From assembly GCA_012735505.1 (NCBI GenBank), contig JAAYHE010000012.1, forward strand, positions 13,829 through 77,828: 64,000 nt of DNA, given 5' to 3'. This DNA is from Bacillota bacterium (GTDB lineage Bacteria > Bacillota > UBA994 > UBA5500). Position numbers and translations under genes: made by a program. Shown here one piece after another: positions 41,781 through 51,694 of this stretch; the stretch's first letter is position 1, and each line of letters begins with the position of its first letter. Under the pieces are notes generated by a model. It was not told the DNA's origin. It ran no database searches and saw only the letters and a list, made by a program, of their open reading frames with translations.

Positions 41781-41828
41781 GCATTTAACCTTTGCCCCCA
41801 TAGGCGACTGAAATGGAGGTAATGGCAG

Positions 41829-42512
41829 GTGCCGAAACCACTTCTTATTAAAGAGATGGCAGAGCAGGAACGTCCACGTGAACGTTTGCTCAAATTTGGT
41901 CCCCAGGCTCTTACTAATGCAGAATTACTAGCAATAGTGTTAAGAACTGGACAACGTGGTGAATCTGCTTTACACTTGGCCCAAAGGTTGTTGGCGAGCT
42001 TTGGGGATCTACGCGGTTTACTAGACTTATCAACTGAAGAATTACAACAAGTCCCTGGTATCGGTGTTGCTAAGGCCTGTCAGTTGGCCGCGATCACCCA
42101 GCTAGCAATACGTCTCGCCGAGAGTCGAACGCACGATACGGTTATCCGACGACCGGCAGATTTGGAAAAACTGTTGATGCCACGCTTTCAACATTTGTCG
42201 CAAGAGGAATTCGTGGCAATTTTTCTGGATACAAAGAACAAAGTATTAGCAGTAGAGACCATTTTTCGCGGTAGCTTAAATGCTTCTATCGTTCATCCGC
42301 GCGAAGTCTTTAGGCAAGCTATCAGACGTAGCGCCGCAGCTCTTTTGGTGGCTCATAATCATCCCAGCGGCGATCCTACCCCTAGTCGGGAGGACATAGA
42401 TGTTACACGCCGCCTGGTGGAAGCAGGCAAAATTATTGGTATCCCAGTTTTAGATCATGTCGTTTTTGGTGATGGTAAAACTATAAGCATGAATGAAAAA
42501 GGTTTAGTCTAG
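41829..42512 (+). CDS. radC: RadC-family JAB-domain protein
   Basis: HhH region ELLAIVLRTGQRGESAL, JAMM motif LVAHNHPSGDPTPSREDI. Confidence 0.88.
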   Translation: MPKPLLIKEMAEQERPRERLLKFGPQALTNAELLAIVLRTGQRGESALHLAQRLLASFGDLRGLLDLSTEELQQVPGIGVAKACQLAAITQLAIRLAESRTHDTVIRRPADLEKLLMPRFQHLSQEEFVAIFLDTKNKVLAVETIFRGSLNASIVHPREVFRQAIRRSAAALLVAHNHPSGDPTPSREDIDVTRRLVEAGKIIGIPVLDHVVFGDGKTISMNEKGLV

Positions 42513-42530
42513 CTGCAGGAGGGCAAACGC

Positions 42531-43562
42531 ATGGCGAATTTTTTGCAGAAGGCATTTTCGAAGGACTTAGGAATTGACCTCGGTACAGCGAACTCGTTAG
42601 TGTATGTTAAGGGTAAGGGAATTGTGCTTAATGAACCATCGGTTGTCGCTATCAAGCGCGATTCGGGCGAAATACTCGAAGTAGGCGAAGCTGCTAAACG
42701 CATGGTGGGCCGTACACCCGGCAACATTGTAGCTATACGCCCCTTGCGTGACGGAGTGATCGCCGATTTCGACACCACGCAGAAGATGTTACACAAGTTT
42801 ATTAACTCGGCCATCAAGGTGCGCCCCTTTGTTTCGCCCATGGTAGTGGTTTGTGTACCATCGGGAGTGACGGAAGTAGAGAAAAGGGCCGTTTATGATG
42901 CCACTAAATCAGCTGGCGCCCGCGATGCCATAATTGTTGAGGAACCAATGGCTGCTGCCATCGGCGCTGGACTGCCGGTGGAAGAACCTACTGGAAATAT
43001 GATTGTAGATATTGGTGGCGGCACTACCGAAGTAGCTATTATCTCCCTGGGAGGTATAGTTACGCATCGCTCCATACGGGTGGGTGGTGACGAAATCGAC
43101 GCTGCCATTATGGCCTATGTTAAACGGCACTACAATTTAATGATCGGAGAGCGAACCGCGGAAGAAACCAAGAAAGCTATCGGTTCTGCCTACATCTTAG
43201 ATGAAGAAGAACGCATGGATGTACGGGGCCGCGATTTAGTGTCTGGTTTGCCAAAGACTTTAGAAATCACGTCTACAGAAGTACGGGAAGCGTTAGCAGA
43301 ACCTGTGCGGGCTATTATCGATGCGGTTAAGTCAACCTTGGAGAGAACACCGCCTGAACTAGCTGCCGATATTATGGATAGAGGCATTATGATGACCGGT
43401 GGCGGCTCCTTGTTGCGCGGCTTAGATAAACTCATTAGTGAAGAAACAGGCATGCCGGTTCACATTGCTGAGGAACCTTTATCTTGCGTTGCATTAGGCA
43501 CTGGGAAAATATTGGAAAGTCCTAACCTGCAAAAGCTAGTTGCAGCTTCGCAACGCTGGTAG
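42531..43562 (+). CDS. mreB: Rod-shape-determining protein MreB
   Basis: [19 protein letters not shown], actin-fold motifs. Confidence 0.95.
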   Translation: MANFLQKAFSKDLGIDLGTANSLVYVKGKGIVLNEPSVVAIKRDSGEILEVGEAAKRMVGRTPGNIVAIRPLRDGVIADFDTTQKMLHKFINSAIKVRPFVSPMVVVCVPSGVTEVEKRAVYDATKSAGARDAIIVEEPMAAAIGAGLPVEEPTGNMIVDIGGGTTEVAIISLGGIVTHRSIRVGGDEIDAAIMAYVKRHYNLMIGERTAEETKKAIGSAYILDEEERMDVRGRDLVSGLPKTLEITSTEVREALAEPVRAIIDAVKSTLERTPPELAADIMDRGIMMTGGGSLLRGLDKLISEETGMPVHIAEEPLSCVALGTGKILESPNLQKLVAASQRW

Positions 43563-43595
43563 GTAAAAAAACAGAATAGAAAGAAGGGCGATAGC

Positions 43596-44432
43596 ATGGT
43601 GTCCTTCTGGCGTAGAAATAAGGGATTTATTGTATTCAGCCTGATCTTGGCAGTTTTGATTGGCTTTTTTAGCCATACAGCCAGGCAGCGCGTTGAACCT
43701 ACAAGCTTAGAAAGACTTATCATACGTGCCTTAGCCCCTTTTATGCGTGCCAGTAACGCTGTAGTGCAACATATTAATGCTTTTATAGAGGACCTACGCG
43801 GTTTATTGTCTTTACGGGCCCGCAATTATGAACTCGAAGCTAAGTATGCTGCTCTACAGATGCAAATGAATCTGCTGGTAGAGGCGGAAAGAGAGAACCA
43901 ACGGCTGCGAGAGCTCCTCGGTTATAAGGAAGCTAACCCCTCCATGACCCTTAAATTGGCTAAGGTCATCAGTATTAGTCAGAATCCGTGGCAGCAAGAA
44001 CTGGTTATCGATCAGGGTAGTCAGCATGGGGTGCAGGTAAATACTCCAGTTATTACCCATCAAGGCTTTGTTGGCCGTGTTTACGAAGTTGCCCCAACCA
44101 GTTCTAAGGTCGTACTGATTATTGATCCGCGAGGGCCTGTTGCTGCGCAGGTGCAGGAAACACGGGTGCGTGGCACCCTGGAGGCGGATCCCAACCGCCC
44201 TGGCATGTTGCGTCTTATTCGCTTGCCCCACGATGCGAATGTGCAAGTTGGTCATACAATCATTACTGCTGGTACAGCAGCCCTGAATTTACCCAAAGGC
44301 ATTCTTATTGGGCATGTGGAAGAAGTAGCGCCGACTCCCGATGGCCTTCAATTGGTCGCAAGCGTCAGGCCAGTGGTAGGATTCAATGCTCTTGAGGATG
44401 TCTTATTGGTTTTTAACACAGGTGGGCGTTAA
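43596..44432 (+). CDS. mreC: Rod-shape-determining protein MreC
   Basis: N-terminal TM, coiled coil, β-rich C-terminus. Confidence 0.88.
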   Translation: MVSFWRRNKGFIVFSLILAVLIGFFSHTARQRVEPTSLERLIIRALAPFMRASNAVVQHINAFIEDLRGLLSLRARNYELEAKYAALQMQMNLLVEAERENQRLRELLGYKEANPSMTLKLAKVISISQNPWQQELVIDQGSQHGVQVNTPVITHQGFVGRVYEVAPTSSKVVLIIDPRGPVAAQVQETRVRGTLEADPNRPGMLRLIRLPHDANVQVGHTIITAGTAALNLPKGILIGHVEEVAPTPDGLQLVASVRPVVGFNALEDVLLVFNTGGR

Positions 44433-44434
44433 TA

Positions 44435-44934
44435 TGTGGCAGCGCAATCTATTGATAGGTTTTTTGATCCTAGTTTGCCTCACTTTACAAACTACTTGGA
44501 TACCGCAACTGGGTGCCCTGCTGTCACAGACTGACTTAATTTTCGCTTTAACTGCTGCTTTTGCCTTGTTATCAGGCCCAACTGAAGGTGCTATTTTTGG
44601 TGCTATCGTGGGCTTGTTGCGGGGCATTTTGCTGGGGCCGGCCCTTGGCATTTATGCTGTACCCTTATATATCTTGGGCTATGCGGTGGGACATTTTAGC
44701 CGGATAGTTAACCACGATTCGATTCTGGTGCCCCTAGCAGTAGGCAGCCTCGCTACCATTGCCTACTGGCTGATGTTGACCGCCCTTACTGGTGGATTTT
44801 ATGGTTTTTGGATCAGCGGCCATTTTTGGCTGGCTTTGCCCGGCATGTTAATCGCGAACAGTTTTATGACGCTATTTATTTACTCCCTATTTCGCCGCTT
44901 TGATAAGCGATTAAGGGACGGGGGAAGGAGGTAA
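44435..44934 (+). CDS. mreD: Rod-shape-determining protein MreD
   Basis: 166-aa polytopic membrane protein. ATG at 44435 after an SD, immediately following mreC. Confidence 0.8.
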
Positions 44935-44936
44935 AT

Positions 44937-46826
44937 ATGGAGCAAGAGTTTGAGAAGCGGGTTAACTATCTTAGCTTGACCGTGTTCTTTCTAGCAATGG
45001 TCCTAGTCGCCCGCCTTTTCTATGTGCAGATAGTCAGAGGTGCATATTATCTGGTGCGGGCTGAACGCAATAGCACCCGTGAAATAGTTGTCGACGCTCC
45101 TCGGGGCGATATCGAAACAGCAGATGGCATGACTCTAGTCTCTAGCCGGCCAGCTTATGTCGTTTCCTACTTAGTTCCTTCAGATACGGCCAAACAGGAA
45201 AAAGTAATCCCCCTTCTCGCTCAACTCTTGGAGGATTATGGCGTCACCGAAGAAGGTATACGGCAAGCAATTAAAGATAACGCCTGGCAAAGATATCGTC
45301 CTATCCGGCTGGCGGTAGATGTGGCTGAAGAAACCATCCTAAAGATTGACGAACAGCGGATGGATTTACCCGGTGTGGTTGTAGAGCGCCAAGCGGTGCG
45401 TGACTATCCTCATGGCAATTTAGCCTGCTACCTCATCGGTGGCCTAGGTGCCATCACTCCCAACAAGCTGGAGGAGTATACGGCTGCAGGATACCGGCGG
45501 GACGCCACCGTTGGTATTTTTGGGTTGGAAAATGCTTATGAAAATGTGGATCCTAAGATCAGCCTGCGTGGTCAAGATGGTTATCGGCAAGTAGAAGTAG
45601 ACACCTATGGGCGTTTAGTAGCTGATGTAGGAGAAATTCCAGCAGTACCTGGCAACAAGATGACGCTCACCATTCACTCAGATTTACAAATTGCTGCAGA
45701 GCAAGCTATAGCCGATGTAGTAAAGAAATTAGACGACGGTAGTACGCGCTATAAACAAAAGCCTGATAGAGCTGCTGCTGTAGTGCTCAACACCAATACG
45801 GGTGAAATACTGGCTTGGGCTTCTTACCCAGACTTTGCACCAGGTAATTGGGCCCAAACCCCCAACCTATGGACGTCTAATATCCCACTCAATGCTTACC
45901 CTGTTGGCTCTACCTTTAAGCCGCTAGTATCATTGGTTGCCTTAACAGAGGAAGTTGTTGCTCCCGACGAAAAATTCTATTGTCCTGGCTACTTTCAAGT
46001 AGGCGCTACCAGAAAGACTTGTCACAAGAAGTCTGGCCATGGTCGGTTGACTCTGGAAGAAGGCATAAAAGTGTCCTGCAATGTTGTCTACTATGATATA
46101 GCGCAAAGGTTGGTGCAAAAATATGGTCGCGCTGGGGCTATGGATAAAATTGGCGACATGGTAAAAAAACTTAAATTTGCCGAGGAGTTGCCTTTAGATT
46201 TTGCCCCGGGGTATTTGCGTGCTTCCGGCATCATTCCCACGAGTGAAAATTTTCGGCGTATCTACAATGCCACCCCATACCCGGGAGAAGTCTGGGACGT
46301 TGCTATTGGACAAGGTATTGTCGAGTTTACTCCCTTTCAAATGGCCATGTACGCTTCACTTCTGGCTAATGGTGGGTACCGCTATCAACCTTATCTTGTA
46401 CAGAAGATAACTGACCCGGAAGGCAATATTACCTTTCAGGCGGAACCAAAACTCCTTGACAAAATAGAGATAGACGCAGAGGCATTAGAGTTGGTGCGCA
46501 GAGGTATGCATGAGGTTATGTTGCCGGCTCGACCTGGCGGCCCCGGATATGGATCAGCCTACTACCTGTTCACTTATGATCCTGTCTTGCGCGATGGACA
46601 AAAGGTAGAAGTGGCCGGGAAAACAGGGTCGGCCCAGACTATTCCAGGGGTGACGGCACATAGTTGGTTTGTCGGTTACGCCCCTTTCGAAAACCCAGAG
46701 ATCGCTATGGCAGTTTTTGTGGCCCATGGGCGTTCGGGGGCTGCTGGTGCGGTTCCCGTAGCGCATGCAATTTTCAAAGCCTATTTTGAGGGTTTGCCCG
46801 AGACGCTAGTCCCCATGTCCCCTTAG
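44937..46826 (+). CDS. mrdA: Penicillin-binding protein 2 (elongation-specific transpeptidase)
   Basis: PBP dimerisation domain and transpeptidase motifs STFK, SCN, KTGS. Confidence 0.9.
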   Translation: MEQEFEKRVNYLSLTVFFLAMVLVARLFYVQIVRGAYYLVRAERNSTREIVVDAPRGDIETADGMTLVSSRPAYVVSYLVPSDTAKQEKVIPLLAQLLEDYGVTEEGIRQAIKDNAWQRYRPIRLAVDVAEETILKIDEQRMDLPGVVVERQAVRDYPHGNLACYLIGGLGAITPNKLEEYTAAGYRRDATVGIFGLENAYENVDPKISLRGQDGYRQVEVDTYGRLVADVGEIPAVPGNKMTLTIHSDLQIAAEQAIADVVKKLDDGSTRYKQKPDRAAAVVLNTNTGEILAWASYPDFAPGNWAQTPNLWTSNIPLNAYPVGSTFKPLVSLVALTEEVVAPDEKFYCPGYFQVGATRKTCHKKSGHGRLTLEEGIKVSCNVVYYDIAQRLVQKYGRAGAMDKIGDMVKKLKFAEELPLDFAPGYLRASGIIPTSENFRRIYNATPYPGEVWDVAIGQGIVEFTPFQMAMYASLLANGGYRYQPYLVQKITDPEGNITFQAEPKLLDKIEIDAEALELVRRGMHEVMLPARPGGPGYGSAYYLFTYDPVLRDGQKVEVAGKTGSAQTIPGVTAHSWFVGYAPFENPEIAMAVFVAHGRSGAAGAVPVAHAIFKAYFEGLPETLVPMSP

Positions 46827-46846
46827 CTTATTTCCTGTATTTTTCG

Positions 46847-46890
46847 GCCCCGTTGGCAAAGATGGTTGCCAACGGGGCTTAGTAGTTTTT
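46847..46890 (+). terminator. Terminator after mrdA
   Basis: GCCCCGTTGGCAA-agatggt-TGCCAACGGGGC followed by TTAGTAGTTTTT. Confidence 0.75.
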
Positions 46891-46974
46891 ACCCAACTTT
46901 GTCGAAAAAAGCAGGAACTGGTTCAAGTTTAGCGAAATAGATGAACAGTGATATTTTGCTTGGAGGGACGCAAG

Positions 46975-47601
46975 TTGCTGGAAGAGGCCGTATTGTTCAA
47001 AGGAACACGAGAAGGCATACATATTTATTTGAATGACGAGGTCGAATTTCCACAAGTAGTTAATTCCTTGGAGCACCGTCTAGCTTCCAGTCGGAACTTT
47101 TTTAAGGGTGCCCGTGTAGTCATCAATACTGGTCAGCGCACTTTGTCTGCCGAGCAAGTGGCAACTGTGTCGAGTGTCCTTAAAGAATATGAGGGTGTAC
47201 AACTAATCAGATTGGAGCAGAGTAAACCCCAAGCTCCCCCAGCAATTCCCCGAGAGATGACAGCTTTGATAGTGGAAAAACCGGTGCGGTCAGGCCAGCA
47301 GTTATACCATCCTGGCCACGTAATAGTTATCGGTGACGTTAACCCTGGAGCTGAGATAGTGGCCGAGGGAAATGTAATTGTTATGGGAGCGTTACGCGGC
47401 ATAGCTCATGCAGGTTATGGAGGAGATAAATCTGCTTTTGTCGTTGCCAACTTGATGTCTCCCTCGCAGGTAAGCATTGCTGGTATTCTGGCACGACAAC
47501 CAGATGACGAGTTTTCAGATGCAAAGATGGGGCCAGAAATAGCACGTTTGCGTAATGGGCAGATAGTCATCGAACCTTGCCAACGTGCCATTTATGAATA
47601 G
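46975..47601 (+). CDS. minC: Septum-site-determining protein MinC
   Basis: C-terminal β-helix repeat VIVIGDVNPGAEIVAEGNVIVMGALRG. TTG at 46975 follows a GGAGGG SD; the GTG at 46948 in the ORF track lacks an SD. Confidence 0.85.
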   Translation: MLEEAVLFKGTREGIHIYLNDEVEFPQVVNSLEHRLASSRNFFKGARVVINTGQRTLSAEQVATVSSVLKEYEGVQLIRLEQSKPQAPPAIPREMTALIVEKPVRSGQQLYHPGHVIVIGDVNPGAEIVAEGNVIVMGALRGIAHAGYGGDKSAFVVANLMSPSQVSIAGILARQPDDEFSDAKMGPEIARLRNGQIVIEPCQRAIYE

Positions 47602-47620
47602 GCGAAAGTGAGGTAATAAG

Positions 47621-48418
47621 ATGGGCAAGGCTATCGTTATTACATCTGGAAAGGGTGGAGTAGGTAAGACTACAACAACCGCCAACTTAGGAGCAGGCTT
47701 AGCTGCTTTGGGTCAGCGAGTGGCGCTGGTTGACGCCGATATCGGATTGCGTAATCTAGACTTATTCATGGGACTAGAAAACCGCGTCGTTTATCATCTT
47801 GTTGACGTGGTAGAGGGACGTACTACTTGGAAAAAAGCTCTTGTCCGCGACAAACGCTTGGAAAACTTGGTCCTTTTGCCTTCTGCGCAAGCTAGAGATA
47901 AGGATGCGGTATCGCCCAGGCAAATGCAACAATTAGTACAGGAAATCAAGCAGGAATATGACTTTGTCCTTCTCGATTGCCCTGCAGGTATCGAGGGTGG
48001 ATTCAAAAACGCGATAGCTGGGGCCGACCAAGCCATCGTAGTTGTTAATCCAGAAGTGTCCTCGGTACGCGATGCTGACCGGGTTATCGGCTTGCTCGAG
48101 GCCGAGGAAATCGGTGGCATCAGCCTGATTGTTAACCGCTTAAAACCCAGTATGGTCAAACGGGGCGAGATGTTGGCTATCAAAGATATTGTCGATTTAT
48201 TAGCCATCGACTTGCTAGGAATCGTGCCCGAAGACGAGGGAATTATCATTGCCTCCAATCGCGGTGAGCCTATCAGCCTTGATCAAAACACTAAAGCCGG
48301 TCAAGCCTTCCGCAATATTAGCCGCCGTCTTTTGGGAGATGATATTCCCTTTATTGACTGGCAGGACGATGATTCATTCTTTAGCCGCCTGAAAAAGCTC
48401 TTTGGGGTAGGTTCATGA
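47621..48418 (+). CDS. minD: Septum-site-determining ATPase MinD
   Basis: Deviant Walker A SGKGGVGKTT, C-terminal amphipathic helix. Confidence 0.95.
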   Translation: MGKAIVITSGKGGVGKTTTTANLGAGLAALGQRVALVDADIGLRNLDLFMGLENRVVYHLVDVVEGRTTWKKALVRDKRLENLVLLPSAQARDKDAVSPRQMQQLVQEIKQEYDFVLLDCPAGIEGGFKNAIAGADQAIVVVNPEVSSVRDADRVIGLLEAEEIGGISLIVNRLKPSMVKRGEMLAIKDIVDLLAIDLLGIVPEDEGIIIASNRGEPISLDQNTKAGQAFRNISRRLLGDDIPFIDWQDDDSFFSRLKKLFGVGS

Positions 48419-48431
48419 GGAGGACAATTAA

Positions 48432-48713
48432 ATGTTTGACCTAAGGCGTCTTTTTGGTGGTCAAAAGGGTAGCAAGACCCGGGCAAAAGAACGATTGCAG
48501 CTAATCCTGGTCCATGACCGCTCTAGCCTATCTCCAGAGTTAATAGATTTGATTAAGTCGCGTATCATAGACGTACTTTCCGAGTTTGTGGAGATAGATG
48601 AAAAAGGGTTGGCGGTTGAACTCGAACATTCAGAGGAGGCTGCTGCTTTAATAACGAACATTCCCATCAAGGCGGTAAGGAGAAATGGCGGGATGCGTTC
48701 TGCGAGGAACTGA
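48432..48713 (+). CDS. minE: Cell-division topological specificity factor MinE
   Basis: 93 aa, MFDLRRLFGG...RLQLILVHDR. Confidence 0.88.
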   Translation: MFDLRRLFGGQKGSKTRAKERLQLILVHDRSSLSPELIDLIKSRIIDVLSEFVEIDEKGLAVELEHSEEAAALITNIPIKAVRRNGGMRSARN

Positions 48714-48803
48714 TGTTTCTCGCCTTTTTGTTTCCCTCTGACAAAAACGGTTATGATTATGGTAAACTGTATAAATGAACACTAGGGTGATGGGGGTGAA
48801 AGT

Positions 48804-49916
48804 GTGCGGTTTGATCGTAAATTACTAAAGAATTTAGACTGGCAGCTGTGGCTAGCCATGATTCTCATTTCCGTGTTTGGAGTTGTAGTCTTACGCAGTG
48901 CTAGCCTTGGTGCCATGCCGCACAACCCATCCTACTACGCCAAGAGGCAAATCCTATGGATTCTATTAGGCAATGCTTTTATTGTTGCCTCTTTATATTT
49001 TGACTATCGACTACTGCTTAAGTTGGTTAAACCTATCTATGCCATGAATTTGGCATTGTTAGTTGCTGTTCTGCTTTTTGGGCAAAAAGGTGGAGGTGCC
49101 CAGCGGTGGATTTCCCTCGGTGGCTTTCTGCTGCAGCCTTCCGAGTTTGCCAAAGTCTTTACGATAGTTGCTTTCGCGCACTATCTAGAGACAAGGGGTA
49201 AGATTGAGAGCTGGTCAGATCTAGTGAAAGCAGGAATAGTAGTTGGAATTCCTATGGCTTTAATCTTGGTGCAACCCGATTTGGGTACAGCCCTAATTTT
49301 CGCTGCCTTTTTTCTCGGCATGTTATATGCCGCTGGCACTGATTTGCGCTATTTGGCGGGCCTAGTTGGGTTGGGGGTTTTGGCGATACCCTTTATGTGG
49401 ACATTTGTTTTAGAAGAATATCAGAAAATGCGCTTGATCGTGTTTCTGAATCCAGAAAATCCCATGTATCGGACTCACGGAGGTTACCATGTTACCCAGT
49501 CCCTTATTGCTGTGGGTTCGGGCCAACTCGTAGGCCGGGGCTTCATGCAGGGAACACAGAATATCCGTAGCTTTTTGCCAGCCCAGCATACAGATTTCAT
49601 TTTCTCTGTTTTAGCGGAGGAGTTTGGTTTTGTCGGAGCCGTGTTGCTCATAGGCTTGTTCGTTTTTATGATGCAGCGTATGCTCAAAATTGCCCTTGAT
49701 GCTAAAGACGAGTTTGGGCGTATTGCTACCATTGGTGTATTAGTGCTGACCTTGTTTCAGGTGTTTATCAATATCGGTATGACGATATCCATTGCACCGG
49801 TAACAGGTATCCCTTTGCCCTTAGTAACTTCAGGTGGCAGTGCCTATTTGTCTTATTGCATGGCTATTGCTTTGGTCTTAAACATAGGCATGCGCAGGCA
49901 GAAGATTTTGTTCTGA
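48804..49916 (+). CDS. rodA: SEDS-family peptidoglycan glycosyltransferase RodA
   Basis: FtsW/RodA/SpoVE fold with 10 TM segments. Position after minE is typical for rodA. Confidence 0.88.
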   Translation: MRFDRKLLKNLDWQLWLAMILISVFGVVVLRSASLGAMPHNPSYYAKRQILWILLGNAFIVASLYFDYRLLLKLVKPIYAMNLALLVAVLLFGQKGGGAQRWISLGGFLLQPSEFAKVFTIVAFAHYLETRGKIESWSDLVKAGIVVGIPMALILVQPDLGTALIFAAFFLGMLYAAGTDLRYLAGLVGLGVLAIPFMWTFVLEEYQKMRLIVFLNPENPMYRTHGGYHVTQSLIAVGSGQLVGRGFMQGTQNIRSFLPAQHTDFIFSVLAEEFGFVGAVLLIGLFVFMMQRMLKIALDAKDEFGRIATIGVLVLTLFQVFINIGMTISIAPVTGIPLPLVTSGGSAYLSYCMAIALVLNIGMRRQKILF

Positions 49917-50024
49917 TCCGACCATGTTTCTTACAAAACAGTGATTTGGATAAGCCTATGGCATATCCCCTCATACTCGTCCATATACATTAATGTGAAA
50001 AGAGCTAGAAGAGGGGTGACTGGG

Positions 50025-50747
50025 TTGGCTTTCTGGTCGGATCGCAGCCGGCGCAAAGCAGGGAATTACAGGCGGTCAACGCGACGGGTTGAGCCCAGCT
50101 GGCGGAGCTCTAGAGCAACGCCACAGTCGTTGAGGGCACCGTGGCTACACCGCTGGGCATTTTGTGCGCTGGTTATGCTAGCTGTTACTGCCCTCAACTT
50201 TCTACCCTTTGAGTGGGCTGCTTCTTGCCAAACCTATCTCGCATATTGCTTCCAGCCGGGCGCAGCTGAGGGAACCCGATGGGCTGCATGGGCAGACTGG
50301 CAGCCAAATACCCAGCAGATTGTCGCAGTATGGCAGCGCTTGCTAGGTGAAGAGTCTGATACCGGTTTAGCCTACCCGTGCACAGGACAAATCATATCCA
50401 CTTTTGCTTGGCGTCACCACCCGGTTACCGGTCAGGTTGAAATGCACTACGGTATTGATATTCAGGGCACTGAAGGCACTCCCGTAGAGGCGGCTGGGGC
50501 TGGGGTAGTAAGAGAGGTAGCAGAGGATCCGGTTTTGGGCCTGTATTTGGTAATTGATCATGGAGAAGATCTAGCTACACGCTATGGCCATTTGCAGGAG
50601 GTCGCTGTTACCGCAGGCGCTCAGGTACGAAAAGGGCAAGTGATTGGGAAGATAGGGAAAACTGGGCTAACGAATGACGCGCATTTGCACTTTGAGGTTC
50701 TCGCCAATGGGCAGCCGGTAGACCCATTGAGTTTCCTGCCTCGTTAG
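50025..50747 (+). CDS. Membrane-anchored M23/LytM-family peptidase at the SpoIVFA position
   Basis: Basic cytoplasmic N-terminus, one TM, C-terminal LytM domain with HxxxD (MHYGIDI) and HxH (AHLHFEV) intact. The start (GTG at 50016 or TTG at 50025 after GAGGGGTGA) is chosen downstream of the unlikely ORF-track ATG at 49941. Confidence 0.7.
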   Translation: MAFWSDRSRRKAGNYRRSTRRVEPSWRSSRATPQSLRAPWLHRWAFCALVMLAVTALNFLPFEWAASCQTYLAYCFQPGAAEGTRWAAWADWQPNTQQIVAVWQRLLGEESDTGLAYPCTGQIISTFAWRHHPVTGQVEMHYGIDIQGTEGTPVEAAGAGVVREVAEDPVLGLYLVIDHGEDLATRYGHLQEVAVTAGAQVRKGQVIGKIGKTGLTNDAHLHFEVLANGQPVDPLSFLPR

Positions 50748-50761
50748 TCGGGGGTGGTACT

Positions 50762-51643
50762 ATGTATGTGGGCCGAGTAATGGGAGTGGACCTACGGGTT
50801 CACTACCTTTTTTTATTACCTCTCTTGTTGTGGGCTGCTACGGGACATCTATTGCAGGGTACCCTTTCGTTTTTATCTGTTCTAGTGCATGAATTTGGGC
50901 ATTTGCTGGCGGCAAAACAATTAGGCTTTACTCCGAAAGAAGTAGCCCTGTTACCCTTTGGTGGAGTCGCCAGCTTAGAGGAGAATATCGGGCTGGACCC
51001 AGAAGCAGAAATGCACATTGCTTTGGCGGGACCATGGACTAGCCTGTTGTTAATTGGGGCATGTATCTTGCTGCGTGCTTATTTCCCAGGGCAGGAATGG
51101 CTAAGCTTTTTGTTAGAGGTAAATATCATCTTAGTCTTGTTTAATCTATTGCCAGCTCTGCCTTTAGATGGGGGGCGAGTATATCGAGCCTATTTAGTCT
51201 TAGAGCATGGCTTTCGCGCAGGCACTATTCGTGCTGTGCGAGCCAGTCGTTGGTGTAGCCTTGTTTTCCTTTTGCTCGGCTTAACCTTGGGCTGGATAAG
51301 CTCAATAGCTATTAATTTATTGCTCGTGGCTGGATTTTTGTTTTTTAGTTCGCGGCGCATTTTAGAACAGAGTAGTCTGTGGCTATTAGCATATCTGAGT
51401 AGCAAACAAAGGGAAATAGCGAAGACGGGATTTATGTCAACTACCGTGTTAACTGTAGCGCCAGATAGCCAAGGTGGAGAGTTGCTAGAACGCCTAGTGC
51501 CTAAACAGTATCATTTATTGTATGTAGTCGAAACCGGAGGAGAAATTATGGGTCTAGTCAGTGAAGAGAAATTGCTACAGGCGATTTTTGACCATGGGTT
51601 AGAAATAGAGATTCGCCAAATTTTAAGTAACTTGGGGCAATAG
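50762..51643 (+). CDS. spoIVFB: M50 site-2 protease with C-terminal CBS domain (SpoIVFB-like)
   Basis: HEXXH (LVHEFGHLL) and NxxPxxxLDGG (FNLLPALPLDGG) motifs, with a C-terminal CBS-like segment. Follows the M23 gene as in minCD–spoIVFA–spoIVFB. Confidence 0.8.
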   Translation: MYVGRVMGVDLRVHYLFLLPLLLWAATGHLLQGTLSFLSVLVHEFGHLLAAKQLGFTPKEVALLPFGGVASLEENIGLDPEAEMHIALAGPWTSLLLIGACILLRAYFPGQEWLSFLLEVNIILVLFNLLPALPLDGGRVYRAYLVLEHGFRAGTIRAVRASRWCSLVFLLLGLTLGWISSIAINLLLVAGFLFFSSRRILEQSSLWLLAYLSSKQREIAKTGFMSTTVLTVAPDSQGGELLERLVPKQYHLLYVVETGGEIMGLVSEEKLLQAIFDHGLEIEIRQILSNLGQ

Positions 51644-51694
51644 GTGTTTTTTGGTATAATCAATTCAATGCAGCAAAGGCAGGAGGAGACTACA

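Noticed and set aside
49941-50024. Long N-terminal extension (MIWISLWHIPSYSS...) of the M23 peptidase ORF
   Set aside because: There is no SD before the ATG at 49941 and it overlaps the rodA 3' region. The GTG/TTG at 50016-50025 has an SD (GAGGGGTGA) and gives a typical basic-N-terminus plus TM architecture.
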